Shown here: positions 11,709-25,695 of the stretch, one piece after another | How positions within the stretch are numbered: the stretch's first letter is position 1 | Layout of the letters: every line of letters starts with the position of its first letter | Source: Lytechinus pictus | Taxonomy: Eukaryota | Length of the DNA stretch: 64,000 nucleotides | Assembly (NCBI RefSeq): GCF_037042905.1 | Contig: NC_087245.1 | Span: 26,600,001 to 26,664,000 of the forward strand | Direction of reading: 5' to 3' | Notes under the pieces: generated by a model | What the model was told of the DNA's origin: nothing | The model's input: only the letters and a program-made list of their open reading frames with translations | The model's database searches: none | Position numbers and translations under genes: made by a program

Positions 11709-14017
11709 TTGAGTATGAAAATAGAGTGTGATTTACATAGTTTATTTACTCAAGTGAATACACACAGTCCCCATTGTGTCACAATTTGTATCTATTTCTA
11801 TCAAATAGAAAACATCTGGCACTATTCCATTCTTTACATTGAACATTAATGTGCAATTTTCTTTATTATTATTTCTATACTCATGTGTCATTGGTGCAAT
11901 CATTTTCCAAATTTCTTTTGAACTATTATGAAATTCCCTTTTCCATTTATATTTTGCCTCTGAATGCATTTTGGGGTCCCTTGTCAACCAATCCATTGTG
12001 CTCATTTTCTTGATAAATTTAGACCATGTGTCACATGGACTTCAAGCTTCTCTCATGTATGCAGGCAGGCCTTCAATTTAGATATTCCTGGCACCAGGTC
12101 AATTTTGCCAGCATTAGAGGGCAAATGTATTTATTACAGCATAAATGGGGAATTTTTTTTAAAAAGCACAAAATATCCAAGACCAATAAGAAGGGGCACT
12201 GAGGCCAATCAGTAGGGCATCCAAGTCCATGGCCTTGTTGGTCTTGAAATTTATGTCCTGTTGATGCATTTAAAAAGAAAATTATCATATTGTCGGAGAA
12301 TCAAGGTCAAAGTTGTGTGAGGTTTTAATACTAATCTAGAGGTAAATATCTTATATTGATTATATCTGACAATGTTGTAGGCAAAATTTCTGCTAGCATT
12401 TAAGAATATATTAACTCTTCTTATCTTTTATTATTTTCTGAATTTTTATGCCTTAATTTTATGCTTGAGGTATATTTAATGAGCTTATAAGGAACATCTC
12501 ATTAGTGAATATAGTGTAGCTAGTACCATATCATTGCCCATTGCTTGTATAGGTAACTTTGCTTTGAGACCAGAAAAATCTGTTCAACTTTGGAGAAATT
12601 CGACTTGGAAGTGGTACAACTCATGTTTTGTATAATCTATTCTCAGAATTGCTTTGAATGATGTATGGTTGAATTATAAATACTTATATGTATACCTTTT
12701 TTCAATTCTAAAGATCATTCTAATTTTGACTATGAAAGTTAAAGAACTTGATTATAACAAGGAGCTTGATTATAAACATTGTATTTATCCCGTCTTTTGA
12801 CATTTTTATTTTGTAGGTGTTGATTTTTAGGGCATTTATTTTTTCCCCTTTAGTTCCCTTTTACAGTATTTCATATATTGTTTTTTGAAACATTTTGTAT
12901 TTCACCAACCTTATACAGAGTATGAAATTACTTGTCTTGATCTAATCAAACAAAAAGTATACAAGAAAAAAAGGTGAAATGTAGTCACCATTTTCTCAAA
13001 TCTCATTACTTTTTCTATTCAAGGTACTTTAGTCTTTTGTTTCTTTCCCAATTTTTAAGAGTAAAGCTATCTAAATGTTTACAAGAAATGTAATCAAGGA
13101 TAAGAGATAGTAAGCATAGTATCATTTTGGACCAAATTTGCCACATTTTATCCATGAATTACCATTTTTACAATGGGTTGGCTAGAATTGATGTCTTAAA
13201 AAAGCATGTTTAGCATCAATTGTCTTATTTGAAGTGGCTTCTTATCCTGGTCAATTTGAAAAGAGAAAGATAGAAAGAAAAGTGAAGGAGATAAAGTAGA
13301 GATATGGAAGGGAGATATTAAGGGGAAATAGCGACCATCTTGGATATTTTTTCTTGCACCTTTATTAGATCTTTCATGGACCAAAGAACCTTTTTTTCAT
13401 CTTATCTTGTGCTTGAGATGGATAATACTGTTTAAAAGAACGTAAGCAAAATCCCCAAATCGTCATTTTAGCCCATTCATTCCTATTGTCATTTATTCTT
13501 GGCATTTTTGTATGTTGATGAAGGAAAATTCTTGAAAATTGATTGTCATGATTCATATAGATATATATATTTTTATTATACACTTAGTATTAGACATATA
13601 ATAAAAACAAACTCATTTTGGTTGTCATAAGTGCCTTATCGTATGTACTATTTTTAGCTGCATATTTTGACTCATTCCATGCTGTCACCAAAAATATAAT
13701 TATGTATGCATGTATTTTGTAGTTATCCAAATTACTGCATTTTATCGATTTTTTTCTGAAATCTGAAATAAAAGAATTTAATATATAATGGAACCTTTTC
13801 AGCGTATTTTTCAAATGTGTTTCTTTAATTAATCTAAGTTGGTAGAATTAGTTGAGTAGGAATTTGATCACAATGGATGATTGAGTGTGATTGTACAAAA
13901 TGACTAACAGGCTTGTTCAATATGAGGATATTGACGTGGTTGTAGGTGTTCCGATTACATTATGGATATTTTGCTTACACCTCTTTCTCTCTTTCTATTT
14001 AGCTCCCCTTTTTATCG

Positions 14018-15392
14018 ATTGATTGATTGATTTTATTCGTCAAGAATATCACAGGAGATTACAATGAAATTTAAGAATACCTTGACAGGATAGCCCATGA
14101 AAGCCGAAAGGCTTATTTCCAATGGGGTCCTATAGTTAGTATAAAACATTAACATATTGTAACAAAAAGTATAAACTACGACACGTACTGGAATATGGGG
14201 GAAAAATAATAAAATACATACATATCAATCAGTCAAATAATATGCAAACATCTGAAGCAAACAACAATCTTCCTAATATATGAAACAAGATTATATTTTA
14301 ACTTACCCTGCATTATCTACAATACTAGAAACCAACTGTACAAAGTGTGTTATTTTTACTGGTAATACTGCTCTCGAGTAGCTTCCAGTTTTAGGTGCTT
14401 CTTTAATGCACTCTTAAATTGAGAAAATATTTTAACTGCTTTTACTTGGTTAGGAAGAGCATTCCAAGATTGGATGCCATTAAAATAAAAAATGTTCCCT
14501 ATATGTCCTTCACGTTTTGGTAAAACAAAATTTAATTACTATTTCGAGTATCGTACCTATGGATATTTGATACACGGGTGAAATTATTTGCTATATAATG
14601 ATCTAATGTATCCGAATGGAATATTTTATGCACGTGGTGTAATACTAATTGTTGTGATCTGTGATCTACATGAAGTAATCCTGCCTTTTCAAGTTCATTA
14701 CATCCGACATGTGCTCTTGGTCCTAAAACATTTATGTATCTCACAATTTTATTTTGAATTATTCTTAGCTTTTTCTTATCCGTAACACCCAGACTACCGT
14801 ACCAAGCCGCATTAGCATAGTCGAATAGACATTGTATTAAAGCAAAGCATAAGATACGTCTAGACTTCATATTCAAACAGGTTTGATATCTATACAAATT
14901 TTTTAAGCGTATATTTGCCTTTTTGACGATTGAGTCTACCAAACCCGTCCATGATAGGTTACTTGTTAAATTAATTCCCAAATATTTCACAGAATCTTTT
15001 CTGTCAATTACCTGATTATTATATGAAACCTTGAAATCGTGTGTATATCTTAACTTCCGTTTTGAACAAAATAAAATGCTTTCTGTTTTCCCAACGTGTA
15101 AACTAAGCTTGTTGTCAGACATCCATTCAATGCAATTTGCCAAATCTGCACTAAGTTTTTTATCAATTATCTTGGGATTTGTATCTGAATATAGCAAGAC
15201 ACTATCATCAGCATATAAAATTAATTTAGATTCGTTAATACAAGTACACATATAATTGATGTAAGACATAAAAAGAATGGGGCCTAAAATGCTTCCTTGA
15301 GGGACTCCGCATTTAATAGGCAGTGAATCAGAAAGAACCGTCTGCATGGTAAATACTTGATGACGGTTAGATAAATATGATCTAAACCATGT
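14018..15392 (-). mobile_element. 5'-truncated LINE (L2/Crack/CR1 group): reverse transcriptase C-terminal half, 3'UTR and (ATCA)n tail
   Basis: ORF 14532-15431 has WFRSYLSNR, GVPQGSILGP, YADD, KYLG. It continues after a frameshift as FVLPK...WNALP. Tail AATAAAATCAATCAATC at ~14018-14037. Confidence 0.92.
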
Positions 15393-15403
15393 CACACATA
15401 ATC

Positions 15404-15655
15404 TTCCTCTCTTTCTAATCCCTCCTCTCATTTTCTATACATGTATAGCCCTCCCACTTCTCAATATCTTTCTTTCTTTCTTTTTGTTTCTTTTTCTTTC
15501 TTTCTTTCTTTCTTTCTTACCCCTTTGTGTTTCTATTCAGCTCCTTCCTTTCTCCTTCTTCTGTTTTACTCCCTCCTATCCCTTTTCTTTCTCTTTAGCT
15601 TCTCCTTTATCGATCTCTCTCCGAAATCCCCATCTCCTCTATTTTCTCTCTTTTA
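15404..15655. repeat. CT-rich low-complexity tract
   Basis: (TTTC)n and related pyrimidine runs. Confidence 0.8.
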
Positions 15656-16566
15656 TATATCCCCAAACGAGTAGAATGTGAAGGTTTGGCCTGTACACAT
15701 TTATCGTTGACGCGCCTATTTTCCATCTCCTAAAAACTTGGTATGTACATTGTGTAGTGATTCCAAGGTAACGAAGTCATTGGAGGAAGTAAGCTTGAGT
15801 GAAAGTAGAAAAATTATAAAAAAGAATATGATCAACGTAAATTTGTGTAAAATTAGACAATAAGAAAGTTATAATCATTTGATTGTTGAGAACACTAATC
15901 CTATGGAGATCCTTTCATTGGCAATGCGAATAACATATTGTTACACATGAATCCCCCGCCCCTTCTTGGACATTTTATGATAGGGAAAGTACTTCGTCCA
16001 TGATATCATGTTTTTGAAACTTGTAATACATGTCCTCTCATTAAAAAAAATATATATCTTGCGATAGACTAGATGAGAGAGAATTTTGTTCTAAAATCCA
16101 ACTTTCAGCTGGTTTCAAGGTTTCATTATTTAAAAACATTTCTGTAGATTTTCGCCAATGATATCTTTGAATTTAATTCATTATGTTTCCTAGTGCCTAC
16201 AGAGGCCAATGTATGTTATTGTTTTCTCTCTTGAATGGCAAAAACTCGCCTTCCCTGCTTTTATTTGATGAATACTAATTAGACAAGCCCATTGTGAGTT
16301 GTTGGGTCTATTAAATCTTTATTTCAAATTCATATTCAATATTTGTTTTATCAAAGTAGCAACAAAACATTATACAAAATGTGTTATTAGAATTACTCGC
16401 CCAAACATGATGAAATTTTGATCGAAAAATGCAACTCGAATTAAAAATCAAACTTTGAGAAAATCTTGTGATCACCCGTTAGATCAGTTGGCTCTCACTT
16501 CCGTGTATCAGATGAAAACATTCACTTGATTCAATTTGAATTGAACAATATTCAACAGTCACTAAT

Positions 16567-16785
16567 GGGGCATTGCAAGAAACTTGCGATCAATTGCAAG
16601 TCTATTTTTGGTCTCTAAATCAATCATATGTCTTGTAGTTAATTACAAATTGGTGATTGATTGCTAATCTGCTCCTTGAAACAAGAAGTTTAGTCTGACT
16701 TGCTACAGCTAACTTTGATCTATCAGTTGTAAAATTGCAACAGAATATTTGCAATTGATCGCAAATATTTTCTTGCAATGCCCCC
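16567..16785. mobile_element. Short fold-back MITE
   Basis: GGGGCATTGCAAGAAA..TTGCGATCAATTGCAA and its reverse complement TTGCAATTGATCGCAA..TTTCTTGCAATGCCCC. Confidence 0.75.
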
Positions 16786-18509
16786 TGAGGCTTATTGGAG
16801 TTATCTATAATATGGAATTGGGTAACAGTTTTGCTGGATTTAGAATTTGATAATCAACGATGTAAATTTTAAAACTTCTTGCAATTAAAACGTAATAAAA
16901 TTCTCAACATAACACCAAGTAGACTCTACTGAAATCGAAATGAACTTTTATCAAAAATTTTTGCAAATTTAGCACTTGCGCCTAACTTTTAACTTCTGTG
17001 TTTAAAAAAATAAATGACATTTAAATCCATCGAGTCGCGCATCAGTAAACACATTAAAAAAAAAACTGATAAAATATAATTTGCGTTTTCTAATGTCATT
17101 TCATTTTTTTTTATATAATCTGATGGATGGGTTAATTTCAAATTTTCAACGGTTGAACATCGCTATATAGATCCTTTAAACCGTGCTCATTGTTACAGGC
17201 TAAATACAACTAATAGCACTGATTAAAATTGTTGTAGAAATAGGTGCGATACAGAAGTTACACATTCACCTGAAAAATAAAACAAAATGAATTCTGAAAA
17301 TGAATTTCTTACTTTTTTAAGTTACAACTTTGTCATTTGATGTATCTACACTCGTACATTACTACTCAACTAATATCATTTAATTGTTTTACCTTTTTAG
17401 CAAAATGTAATTTTGCTTGCTCTTTTTAGTAAAAGGCGACTTTATTTTGATAAGGGATAACTTTCCATTTGTGTAATGATTACCACTGAAATAAGAAATT
17501 TATGTTTTACAATTCCAAAAAGTAAAAATATTACTTAAGTGACTTTCTCATATAAGAGATCATAATTAAGCTGCATAAGAACAATTAAAATATGATTATA
17601 ATGAAATAATTAAGCATAAAATAAGCATACTGCAATATGCTTTGCAAAATATATAGATATTGTTATTGCCTGTCGCGATCATTCATCGATGAGTCATCCC
17701 ATATAATGGGATTGTATGATTGTATAGATAACATAATAGAATGATGATAAAAGTTCCCCCTTAATCAAAGTAGCATAACACTTTTTGTAATAAAGTTGAA
17801 TGGAGTAATATAATATGCTGGAAGTGCATAAAATAATGATTTGTGCATTTTCTGATGAAAAGGCGCTACCTACACGAACGACAATAACAAGGAGCATTAT
17901 CATAGTTATATCTACAAAAAAGTATGAGAGAGTATAGTTTCAGAACAACTTTCGTTTAAAACAAAATTGATTAATCAAGTCATGCATGAATGAGCACATT
18001 CAACTCTGTCCAGGATTCAAAATCAAAATCACTATTCCACCTACTGTTCTCTTCATGGTTGCAAACTTTAGGCCTCAATATGAATCGCATGAGCTTTAAA
18101 GACTTTTACTTTCATTTTCTATAAAACTTTCAGATATTGCTGATTATACACTCGAAAATATACCTTATAAGCCCATCTCTTATTCTGTCATTAGCAAAGT
18201 TGCCTTATTCCGACGAAGTCTTTTCATGGCGAAATGTCACTTTCAAGTTTTCAGGATACATGATTGCGTAATTTAATTTAAGCATTTCTCAAATTACCGG
18301 TTATGTGCCCGCTCAACTGAGACATCAAAACTACCTCTTGTGTTTATTCAACAAATTTTTACAATACGCTTCTGTTGAAATGTGTTTTGATTATTTTGTC
18401 AAAGATGTGGATAAAAAGGGTTATTCCAAATTTTGGAATTTTGAACATCAGAAATTCAGCACTGAATTGTTTTCACTGCAAAATATAGGTTGTCAGGAGA
18501 GGTGTCATG

Positions 18510-18706
18510 CAAAAACTCCGGTGTTGATTTAACACCAGCCTGGAATCTATATATGTTCACACCAGATAGGTGTTTATATTAACATCAATTAGTATTAAAA
18601 CAGTATCGGTTTGATTCCAAACTGGTGTTGTTTAACTACTTCTCTGGTGTGGACATAATAAGATTCCGGACTGGTGTTAAATCAACACCGGAATTTTTGA
18701 AGTGTA
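18510..18706. mobile_element. Short fold-back MITE
   Basis: AAAACTCCGGTGTTGATTTAACACCAG ... CTGGTGTTAAATCAACACCGGAATTTT inverted arms. Confidence 0.7.
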
Positions 18707-19379
18707 GTAATGACAACCACAGTACTTTCTACTCCAAAGATAACTTGTGATTTATTTTGGAAAAAATGCAAATTTGCGTGTAATAATGTAAGTTTCACCA
18801 TGACATGGCTCAACGAACCGATTTCATTTTTCGCAGATATGAGTCGACGCATAATGAATACTCTAACCAATTAATATCACTTAAGTATAAACGTATACAG
18901 AAATAGTTTTTTAAAAAGCCGTTTTAATTAAAAGTTGCCAATTAAATGGAAATTCATAAACACAGAACTATTATACTGTATATGCCCTAAAAGTTCTGAA
19001 ACATTCCTCCCAAACAATGGGATACATTTTTTTTTGTGGTGTATGTTTGCGTTCGGACAGTCGGGAGGTATTCTTTGCAGTGATGTAAATTTTGTAAAAT
19101 TCTATTTCTGCCAAAGGTATGATTGCAATGAATGAGTCAGAATTTCAGACGTTTATAAAGTCAAAATCCTACAGGAGTTGCCGTTAACTTCTTTCAAAAT
19201 ACCTTTTAAATTAAACTTACATAACACAATTTATACTAAAAGTATTTATCAACAATACTCCTTATTTACTTGAAAAGGACATTTCATAATGGATGCTACT
19301 GGTTTGACACGATCGAATTTACATCACACCAAAGAATGCCTCTTGGATCATGATATCTAAGCGTAAACATGCACCTTAA

Positions 19380-20024
19380 AGGGGCCATTCCACAGAGAGC
19401 AAGACCGCTGAAAGACCTTTCAAAGACCATGAATTTTGGTTGATCTTTCAGAGGTCTCTCAATTAACCTACAATGGTCTTTCAGGTCTTACACGGGTCCT
19501 GACCAATCTTTCAGTGGTCTTCGTGGTCTTCAGGGGCTCCAAAACTTTTTGAAACTGTTCAAAACAGTCTTACAACGGTCTTACAGGAAAATTGTCTTTC
19601 AGTGGTCTTTCAGCAGTCTTTCAGCGGTCTTCCGATGAACTTACAAAGGTCTTTATAGTCTTTCAATGATCTTTTGGCAGTCTCTCAAGATTTTCGCGGA
19701 GATCACTGTAAGACTCATGAGAGATCATTGAAAGATCATTCAAAGATCATTGAAAGACCAGGCAAAGTCCATGGAAAGAATTCTGAAAGATCACTTGTTG
19801 CATAAAAGATCTCTGAAAGACCATTGAAAGATCTCTATAGGACTAGTCTAAGACCAGTAAGACAAGGAATATCCATCAGTCTTTCAGAGTTCTTTGAGGG
19901 GGTCTTTCTGAGCCATTCCACAGAGATGAAAAATTTCAGTGATCTTGAAGACCGCTGTAAGACCTCACCAATTTTCAGTCTTTCAGTGGTCTTTCAATGG
20001 TCTCCGTTCTGTGGAATGGGGGCC
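19380..20024. mobile_element. PIF/Harbinger-type non-autonomous element
   Basis: TAA|AGGGGCCATTCCACAGA ... TCTGTGGAATGGGGGCC|TAA (3-bp TAA duplication); interior built from AAAGACC/GGTCTTT motifs. Confidence 0.75.
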
Positions 20025-21411
20025 TAAAATGGTATCAAATTACTCGGGGAAGATATGCTTTAAAGCAAAAATATACATAACAATTTTGTATTTATAATGA
20101 CGAGTTTCATCATTAAATTGGTATTTGTGAGGTCTAAAGTTACTTCCGACTCGTTCGGTAGCTTAGCGCTTACATTCTTTTGATTGAAGATGGAATTTAT
20201 GTGTGTGTTATGTTTAGATTAAATATATCATTCTTACATTAGTGGTGCATCTAAATAGTAAAATTTGTTGTTGCAAAGTTTATAGCCCTCGCTACGAATA
20301 ATGATCAATATAGTATAACTAATTTTGCTATACTTTAATGCGAATTTCCTATGATGGACATAGACAAATAAATGATGCTGGATACGGTACAGAAAAAAAA
20401 CCTTTCGCCCAAGCCCAGGCGGGCAACATTACAGTATATGATGCTTATTTGATCTAAGTTTGCGGACAGTAAAAATTTTCGCCATCACCCAATCTTAAAA
20501 TTTTATAACATTCTCTTTATAAAAGTAAAAATAATTATAACGAAATTTCTCTCTATACAGTAATACAAATCATACTTAAAAATGTCTATACTGTACAATA
20601 TATAAAACTCTGTAAATATTGAATATAGGTTTGATATACTAATTTCAATTCGTAAAACTGCAATTGCATTAGAATACACAAGGCAGTATTGTATTTTCTA
20701 CAATTACGTAATAAACAATTGAATTGAGATGTAATAAAAATCAAATTTAATAACTATAGTGGTGCAATATACCCAATTGATTTATGTTTTTTTGGGGGGA
20801 TGAAGTTCTGAACACGGTTCATCGTCATATCTAAGATATACGAGAGAGCGAATCAAGCAATGAAAGAATAAACACTTTGAATAAATCAATTTTGCAATAT
20901 ATTTCATGGATGATATAATTTGATTCGCCCTTGGCATTTAGTGAAAGACCGAAATAACTGAGGTAAAGATAAAAAGAGATATTATAATATATATGTTTAT
21001 ACTTGAAAGACTTTTTTTATTTAGGAATTCAGCCCAAAATAAAACAAATACATGCAAAATAAAAGCCCACCGGTACGTTTACTGTGAAACTATATATGTA
21101 TCACATCCATCCAGCCTACAGACAACTTAATGAGGTCTGCTTATGCTTAAAAAAAACCCTGACTGGATCGACCGTGAATGTTCAAGATTATTTAATTGCC
21201 TTCTGTACCAAAGAATCCATTCCTTTAAAGTGATCGATTAATTAAAGGTTTGCTGCATGCTCTTCTTAAGGAAATTAAGTTGATGTATAATGTTTGCTGA
21301 CAATTGCAGCCACACATGATACGAACATCGCATTTGCTGAGAAGGTCCATTGTGCCGATTCGGTTGGGGATGATTCCTGCTGTTAACAATTCAATTTATC
21401 GAGAGCGGCTG

Positions 21412-21536
21412 TTACCGACGAACCGAGACCGGGTAGTTCTGCATCCGTTTCTCTCTGGATATCCGACATGCGAAACAGCAGAGGATGATGCCAATGAGCA
21501 TGAAAACGAATGCTAGAAATCCGATAACAGCAAATG
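21412..21536 (-). CDS. Two-TM membrane protein, last coding exon (second TM helix)
   Basis: ttttctgtgcag|CA; AFAVIGFLAFVFMLIGIILCCFACRISREKRMQNYPVSVRR-stop; phase 1 matches the previous exon. Confidence 0.85.
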
Positions 21537-21926
21537 CTGCACAGAAAAGGGAAAGAATATAGAGATTTAATGGTATATGATTTCACTATAAACCTGCAGC
21601 AGGGGCGGATCAAGCATTGTCCCTAAATTTCATCCACACTTTATCCCAAACAGCCTCTTGAAGTGCTGAAAGATAGGTGTTTTTTTTGGGGGGGGCTCAC
21701 TAGATCCGTGTATAGACTGTATGAAATGATTGATTGAATTAACCAACATACAATTGTGTTGCACTATATAGTTTCAAAGAAAATCGAAAATGATTGGGTT
21801 TACGATCTTACTTATGATCCTATTCAAGACCCGACTTCAACAGCAGTCGCATTCAGGATCGTAAGATGACAAGTTAACGAAGATTGGGGATAAGTGGGTA
21901 AATGATTTTTTTGAAAATTAACTTAC

Positions 21927-21992
21927 CGACGATATATCCAATTGATGGTTCCTCGCACGGTCCAGTACTTAGACAGTCTTTACCCGGTCCAG
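21927..21992 (-). CDS. Two-TM membrane protein, 66-nt loop exon
   Basis: cctgacag|CT...GTCG|gtaagt; AGPGKDCLSTGPCEEPSIGYIV; phase 1-1. Confidence 0.85.
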
Positions 21993-22480
21993 CTGTCAGG
22001 AATTTGATAAAGAAAGAAATCAGAATACTATAAACATTGCCAAATTCATCGTCTATATTAATTAACTATAGGCCCATTTTCTCTTTGAAATTCATAACTA
22101 TTTGGTGTGCTTTTGGACCGCTTTTCTTTCCAAAGTTTAATGTGCGTAGAACATGGGGAGTGCTTCATGAAACAGATTGTTATAAGCTACTTCAAACCCT
22201 TGCATATCTGATTGACTGAAAGAAAAAAAAACAATGAATCAAACTTGTTCATAAAACGCTTCCTGATTTGAGTTCGTAGACAACGCTCTCGGCAATCGGA
22301 ATGCCATTTTCTTTATTTTACAGTTACATCTATTAAAGGATTATAAATAGAGGAGTTTCAAGAAGTAAAAATCGAGTGTCCCAAATAAGACATACCTCCC
22401 TGTAAATGTAGACCCACAATATTATTCGACCTACAATCAAGCTTGGTTATTCATATTGTCACTGTGTGTCATCAACTTAC

Positions 22481-24203
22481 CAGTAAAATAAAGGCAGACA
22501 ACGACGACCAATCCCAAAAGGAGAAGGATGCACAGTAAGAGCATGACGGCAAACACAACCCGTGTCCGTTGCGTCCATCCTGTAGTAATGGTCGAAGATC
22601 TGTCACTATCACCTGCTAGCCAACTTCTTCTTCTACTTGATCTACCCAAAGGATGACCAGTCGATCTTCCAGCAGACCGAAGGTTTGGTGGTGAAATATC
22701 TCTTTCGGTGTATGGCGGAGGTGGAGGAACATTGAAGCCTTCATTCAATGCCGTTTGACCGGAAGGCATCCTTGTAACCTCAGGACGTCGTCGTTCTTCT
22801 GGAGGACTCACATCATAACCTTGGTTTGTCCTCCCCCTTCGTCCTGTCACTTCACCAGGCATGTAACCGTAGCTGTAGTCGTCTCCAGCGTCCGTGTCAG
22901 TTTCAATACCTGCCACAATGCCAGTAAGATCCAAATTTTCATTTCCATCACGCGGGGACCATTGTCGATGCGCTTCACCAAATGGTCCCCATCCGCGAGA
23001 TCTGCGGCCACTTACACGCACGGAGTTGTTGTAGACAATGTTAGGTCCTGACTGGGGTCTCGATGGCGGATGCATTGGTACTGATTCAATTGGGTGACCA
23101 GAAGATGGATCGATTTCTCTTGTGATTATGATTTTTTCGATTATTCGTGAAGATCGCCGAGGGAAGTCGTCGGTTTCTACTCGCGAACGTGGTCGCGATG
23201 GCTGGTAGCCTTGGGATGAGTGAAAATCATCCGAATGAAATCTTGGCCCAAATACATTGTGTTCAAACGATTCACTATTGCGATTGCCTGACCTTCTCTC
23301 TGCCTCTTGATTTTGTTGTGATCTTTGATCCATGCCCTTACTTGACCTTTTGGTATTCTTAAGATTGTCCGATTGTCGTTCATTTGTGTCCCCACGACGA
23401 GAGGGTCTTTCAAGTGTAGTTTGTACTTGAGTTGACTGCAGTGGGTCGTGCCGAGTTTGTGTAAAACTAGAAACTCTCCTCGGTTCCTCTCCTTGCGATC
23501 GGTCAGGTTCGTCTTGATTAGGTTGAGTTGTATCAAAGTTCCTTGCAAGTGCTCGTCTGAGAACTATATGCAGTCCTTGATTTTCAGGATCCTCTGATAT
23601 ATTCCCTTCGGGCGGTTGTGTACTGGGGGCATTCTCGGATTGTGCTTGGGGAAGAGGTGGAGGAGGCGGTGCAGGTGGTGGAGGTGAGGATGTAGGGATA
23701 ACCGTTACCCCAGGAGGATCTCCCTCATCTCCGGCAGTCAGATTCACACGATGGATATCCGGTCTGCTGTCGCTGTTAGGGTGATAGTCCCTGTCCGGTA
23801 ACGATGGTCCAGTGTCAACCGGCAGCGTCGGATACCCAGTATTTCGACCAGCCCTTTCAGGTTCGGATACTGGGTAATCCGGGCTGGTGATGCCTCGACC
23901 ATCGCCATCCGCTTCATCCAATTCTTCAATCCCAGTAACCTCCACTATCCTTGGTCGTTCTGCATCCCGTGGAATGGAATTAAGATGCTGGATGATAACA
24001 CCACTCCTTGGGTTGGTATTCCAAGAACTTGGGCGTAAGTCAGAGTGTGGTCTCCTAGCTGCATTGTTGATGATGACACTGCGTGTCTGGGAAGGTCTAT
24101 GAGGAGATCTACCTGGTGCACCAAGATCAAAGTTTCTGCTGTTTCTTGGAGAAGGAAAGATGATACTTTCGTATCCAGTCATATGATCTTCCTCTTGCTG
24201 CAT
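22481..24203 (-). CDS. Uncharacterised membrane protein, large exon: disordered Pro/Arg/Ser-rich region, PPPPY motif, first TM helix
   Basis: 588-codon ORF in AT-rich DNA; TM VVFAVMLLLCILLLLGLVVVVCLYF; donor ACTG|gtaagt at 22481. The start is uncertain because ATGCAG at 24203 overlaps an acceptor-like site (exon may begin at 24197, next Met at 24182). Confidence 0.88.
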
Positions 24204-24728
24204 GTAAGAGGAGAGAGAGGGAAGAAAAAAGAAGAAAACACAACACTGTTAACGAAAGTGCTTATATGTGCATTTGTCTAGGATATAGTAGCTCTGATCT
24301 CGTGTGTTTGCGAAAAATATCAAAATTAGACGAAGTAAAGATTAGAAGTGTAAAGACAAAATGAAAATGTACTGACTGAGACTTGACCAAATGGTAATTT
24401 TGGACACAGTGAGTAGGCTGTAGCCAAATGTAGGCTGAAACAAAAGTGGAAATTAGACAGAAACTGCCAGTTTGGCCAAGTAGTTATCACAAGAACTTGT
24501 TGAAGAAAAGGAGCATTAGTCAACGTGGATGTATACCAAGCGGCAATTTGCCATATTGATGGAGTTCGTGCATTGGTATTCCCCGTTTTACAGTATCTCA
24601 ATCATAATCATAATTTCTGAACGTACACGTGCGCTACCCTTTTACTATTCGTTGTTTATGTTTTAACATTAACAACATATTTGTTTGTAACATATTTGTT
24701 TATAAATCAGTTCATGACATGTTGTCTC

Positions 24729-25494
24729 CAGAGGCGTCGATCCTGGGGGGGGGGGGCGATCGCCCTACCAATGAAAATATTGGTGGGTAAACATATCGTT
24801 TTGCCCCCCCCCCCCAAATAATTCCGCATGTGCAAAAATAAAATAAGATTGTAATTATTATTATTCATTTGACCAATATAAAAAAAATATTTAAAAAATG
24901 TTACAAAGAAATCAGCAAGCGAGATTGATATACACAACTCGTTCTTTATTTAAAATCGTGCTCAAAATGTCCGCTTTTCAGATTGGAATATAAAAATTTG
25001 CAGCTCGCGCTTGCATCATTTCTGTAGCAAAAACCCATACTTTTCATGATTAAATAGGTGCATAGAATGTCCCGTTTTCAGTTCTAAACCTCAAAAGAAT
25101 TCCCGCTTCGATCTGCAATAATCTTTATTTGTTGGATATATATCTTGTTCCTTATTAAAAACGTCCATTAAACTTTAATTTTTTTTTCAGATCGTAATAT
25201 CAAAATTCTCAGCTCGCGCTTCGCGCTTGCATCTATTGTTCTTTTAGACCCCATCTTAATCATTGGTACCAAAAATGCTTAGAATATCAAGCTTTCAGGT
25301 CAGAATATACATTTCAGCTCGCTCTCGGCACTCGCATTATCTGTGTAGTGAGATATGTATCCTCCTCATGAGTTACTACAAACAGTCCTAAACTGGTACC
25401 TTCTTCCTGTTTTCAGTTCAGTATACTAAAAAATTTCAGCTCTCGCTTCGCGCTCACATTAATTTGTTGGTGAGATATGTCTCTTTCTCATGTG

Positions 25495-25593
<99 letters not shown>

Positions 25594-25695
25594 TTTGTGG
25601 GTGAGTTTGTTTGTTTTGTGTGATCGAGCGCCTTTGGAACGTTGAGTCATGATTTTGCCCCCCCCCCCAATCTAAAAAATGTATCGACGCCCCTG
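24729..25695. mobile_element. hAT-type non-autonomous element
   Basis: CAGAGGCGTCGAT ... ATCGACGCCCCTG with perfect 8-bp TSD GTTGTCTC (24721-24728 and 25696-25703). Confidence 0.88.
25497..25592. repeat. Compound (TA)n(TG)n microsatellite
   Basis: Direct reading. Confidence 0.97.

Noticed and set aside
14532..15431. Domesticated or stand-alone reverse transcriptase gene
   Set aside because: 5'-truncated inside the RT domain, frameshifted near the end, and followed by a LINE 3' UTR and tail.
21412..24203. Functional link between the PPxY membrane protein and the nearby HECT-like cargo
   Set aside because: The cargo shows no WW domains and appears to be transposon-borne; proximity is probably coincidental.
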